From assembly GCF_009914755.1 (NCBI RefSeq), contig NC_060926.1: DNA of 64,000 nucleotides, one strand, 5' to 3'. This DNA is from the human T2T-CHM13v2.0 reference genome, Homo sapiens. This document shows, piece after piece, positions 63,132 through 64,000 of this stretch. Below the pieces are notes generated by a model, which made no database searches, was not told the origin of the DNA, and was given only the letters and a program-made list of their open reading frames with translations. The translations under genes and the position numbers were made by a program. Within the stretch, counting starts at the first letter, position 1, and each line of letters starts with the position of its first letter.

Positions 63132-64000
63132 ATTAATTTAAAAAACTATTTTTTTTAAGCAGTGGGAAAATTCTCTCCATGATCTAATTCACATGATATA
63201 TTTACTTAGATAAAATATGAATCATAAAAAGATAAACTTTAGGCCACACCTCTATTAAATATAACTTGCTGGGGTTCTGAATCAGAGAAGTTTCAACATG
63301 GTAATGTTTCAAAAGGAAACGTTTCTCTAAGGTGTAAAATTCATACTTTACTGTGTGATCTCAAAATGATCGAAAATTTAAACTTTTTGTTAGAACTTCA
63401 CTTTAAGGCTTACCTATAATCCTAACACTTTGAGAGGCCCAGGCAGGAAGATCACTTGTGCCCAAGAGTTCAAGACCAGCCTGGGCAAAATATTGAGACT
63501 TGGTCTCTATTTTTTAAAAAAATAAGAATATTAAATTTAAAAAATTCACTTTAAAAGTATGATTATAATAATTTAAAAGATCAACATTTTAATGTTTTCT
63601 TAAAATTTCAAAATACATACCCAGGTAGGGAAGAGATTGGAAAATGCTAGGATGCTCAAGGACCATAATTTAATTAAGCTAACCTTGCATATGCAGCAAG
63701 CACCTCTAAGTTTGCAAAAAACTAAACAATTACAAGACACAATCCCACTTCCTAAGAGTCTCCCCGTCCTATTAAGGAAATAGGACTAGAAAAATAAATC
63801 AGGAATAGTATAAAGCAATACATGCTAAGGGTCAAAATAAAAATATTAGTAATTATTTCCTACCAGGTTAAGAATATGCACATTGTCATTTTAAAGATTC
63901 TGCCACTGGTGATAGTCAGAATCTTAGTCAGCATCTTTAAAGATGCTAATGTAAAAATACAAATCTTTTTCTACAAATGTACACAGAAACATTATCTTTT

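Overview
Primate genomic DNA, almost certainly human: dense Alu/L1/LTR/MIR repeats plus a hominid-specific SVA. It carries the complete coding sequence of TGFBRAP1 (TRAP1/Vps3, a CORVET subunit) on the minus strand. Eleven coding exons (688+195+155+83+342+58+144+147+160+434+177 = 2583 nt, 860 aa) all have GT-AG boundaries and matching phases, followed by a ~3 kb 3'UTR ending near 15470. The non-coding first exon and promoter lie beyond the right edge. The most striking unexplained structure is an old inverted duplication downstream of the gene (7616-8987 vs 10962-12111, ~2 kb spacer). One arm later gained a MER41 LTR and the other an Alu, so each arm preserves the empty pre-insertion site of the other. 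Other points of interest: a full-length SVA with a short non-SVA 5' extension; a candidate distal alternative last exon that would swap out the C-terminal Cys/His motif; a regenerated 5' splice site at the exon 4/5 junction; a young 5'-truncated AluY; and an Arg at codon 725. I found no convincing novel protein-coding system; nearly all other ORFs are repeat-derived or shadow frames. Repeat subfamily names and many repeat boundaries are by-eye calls.
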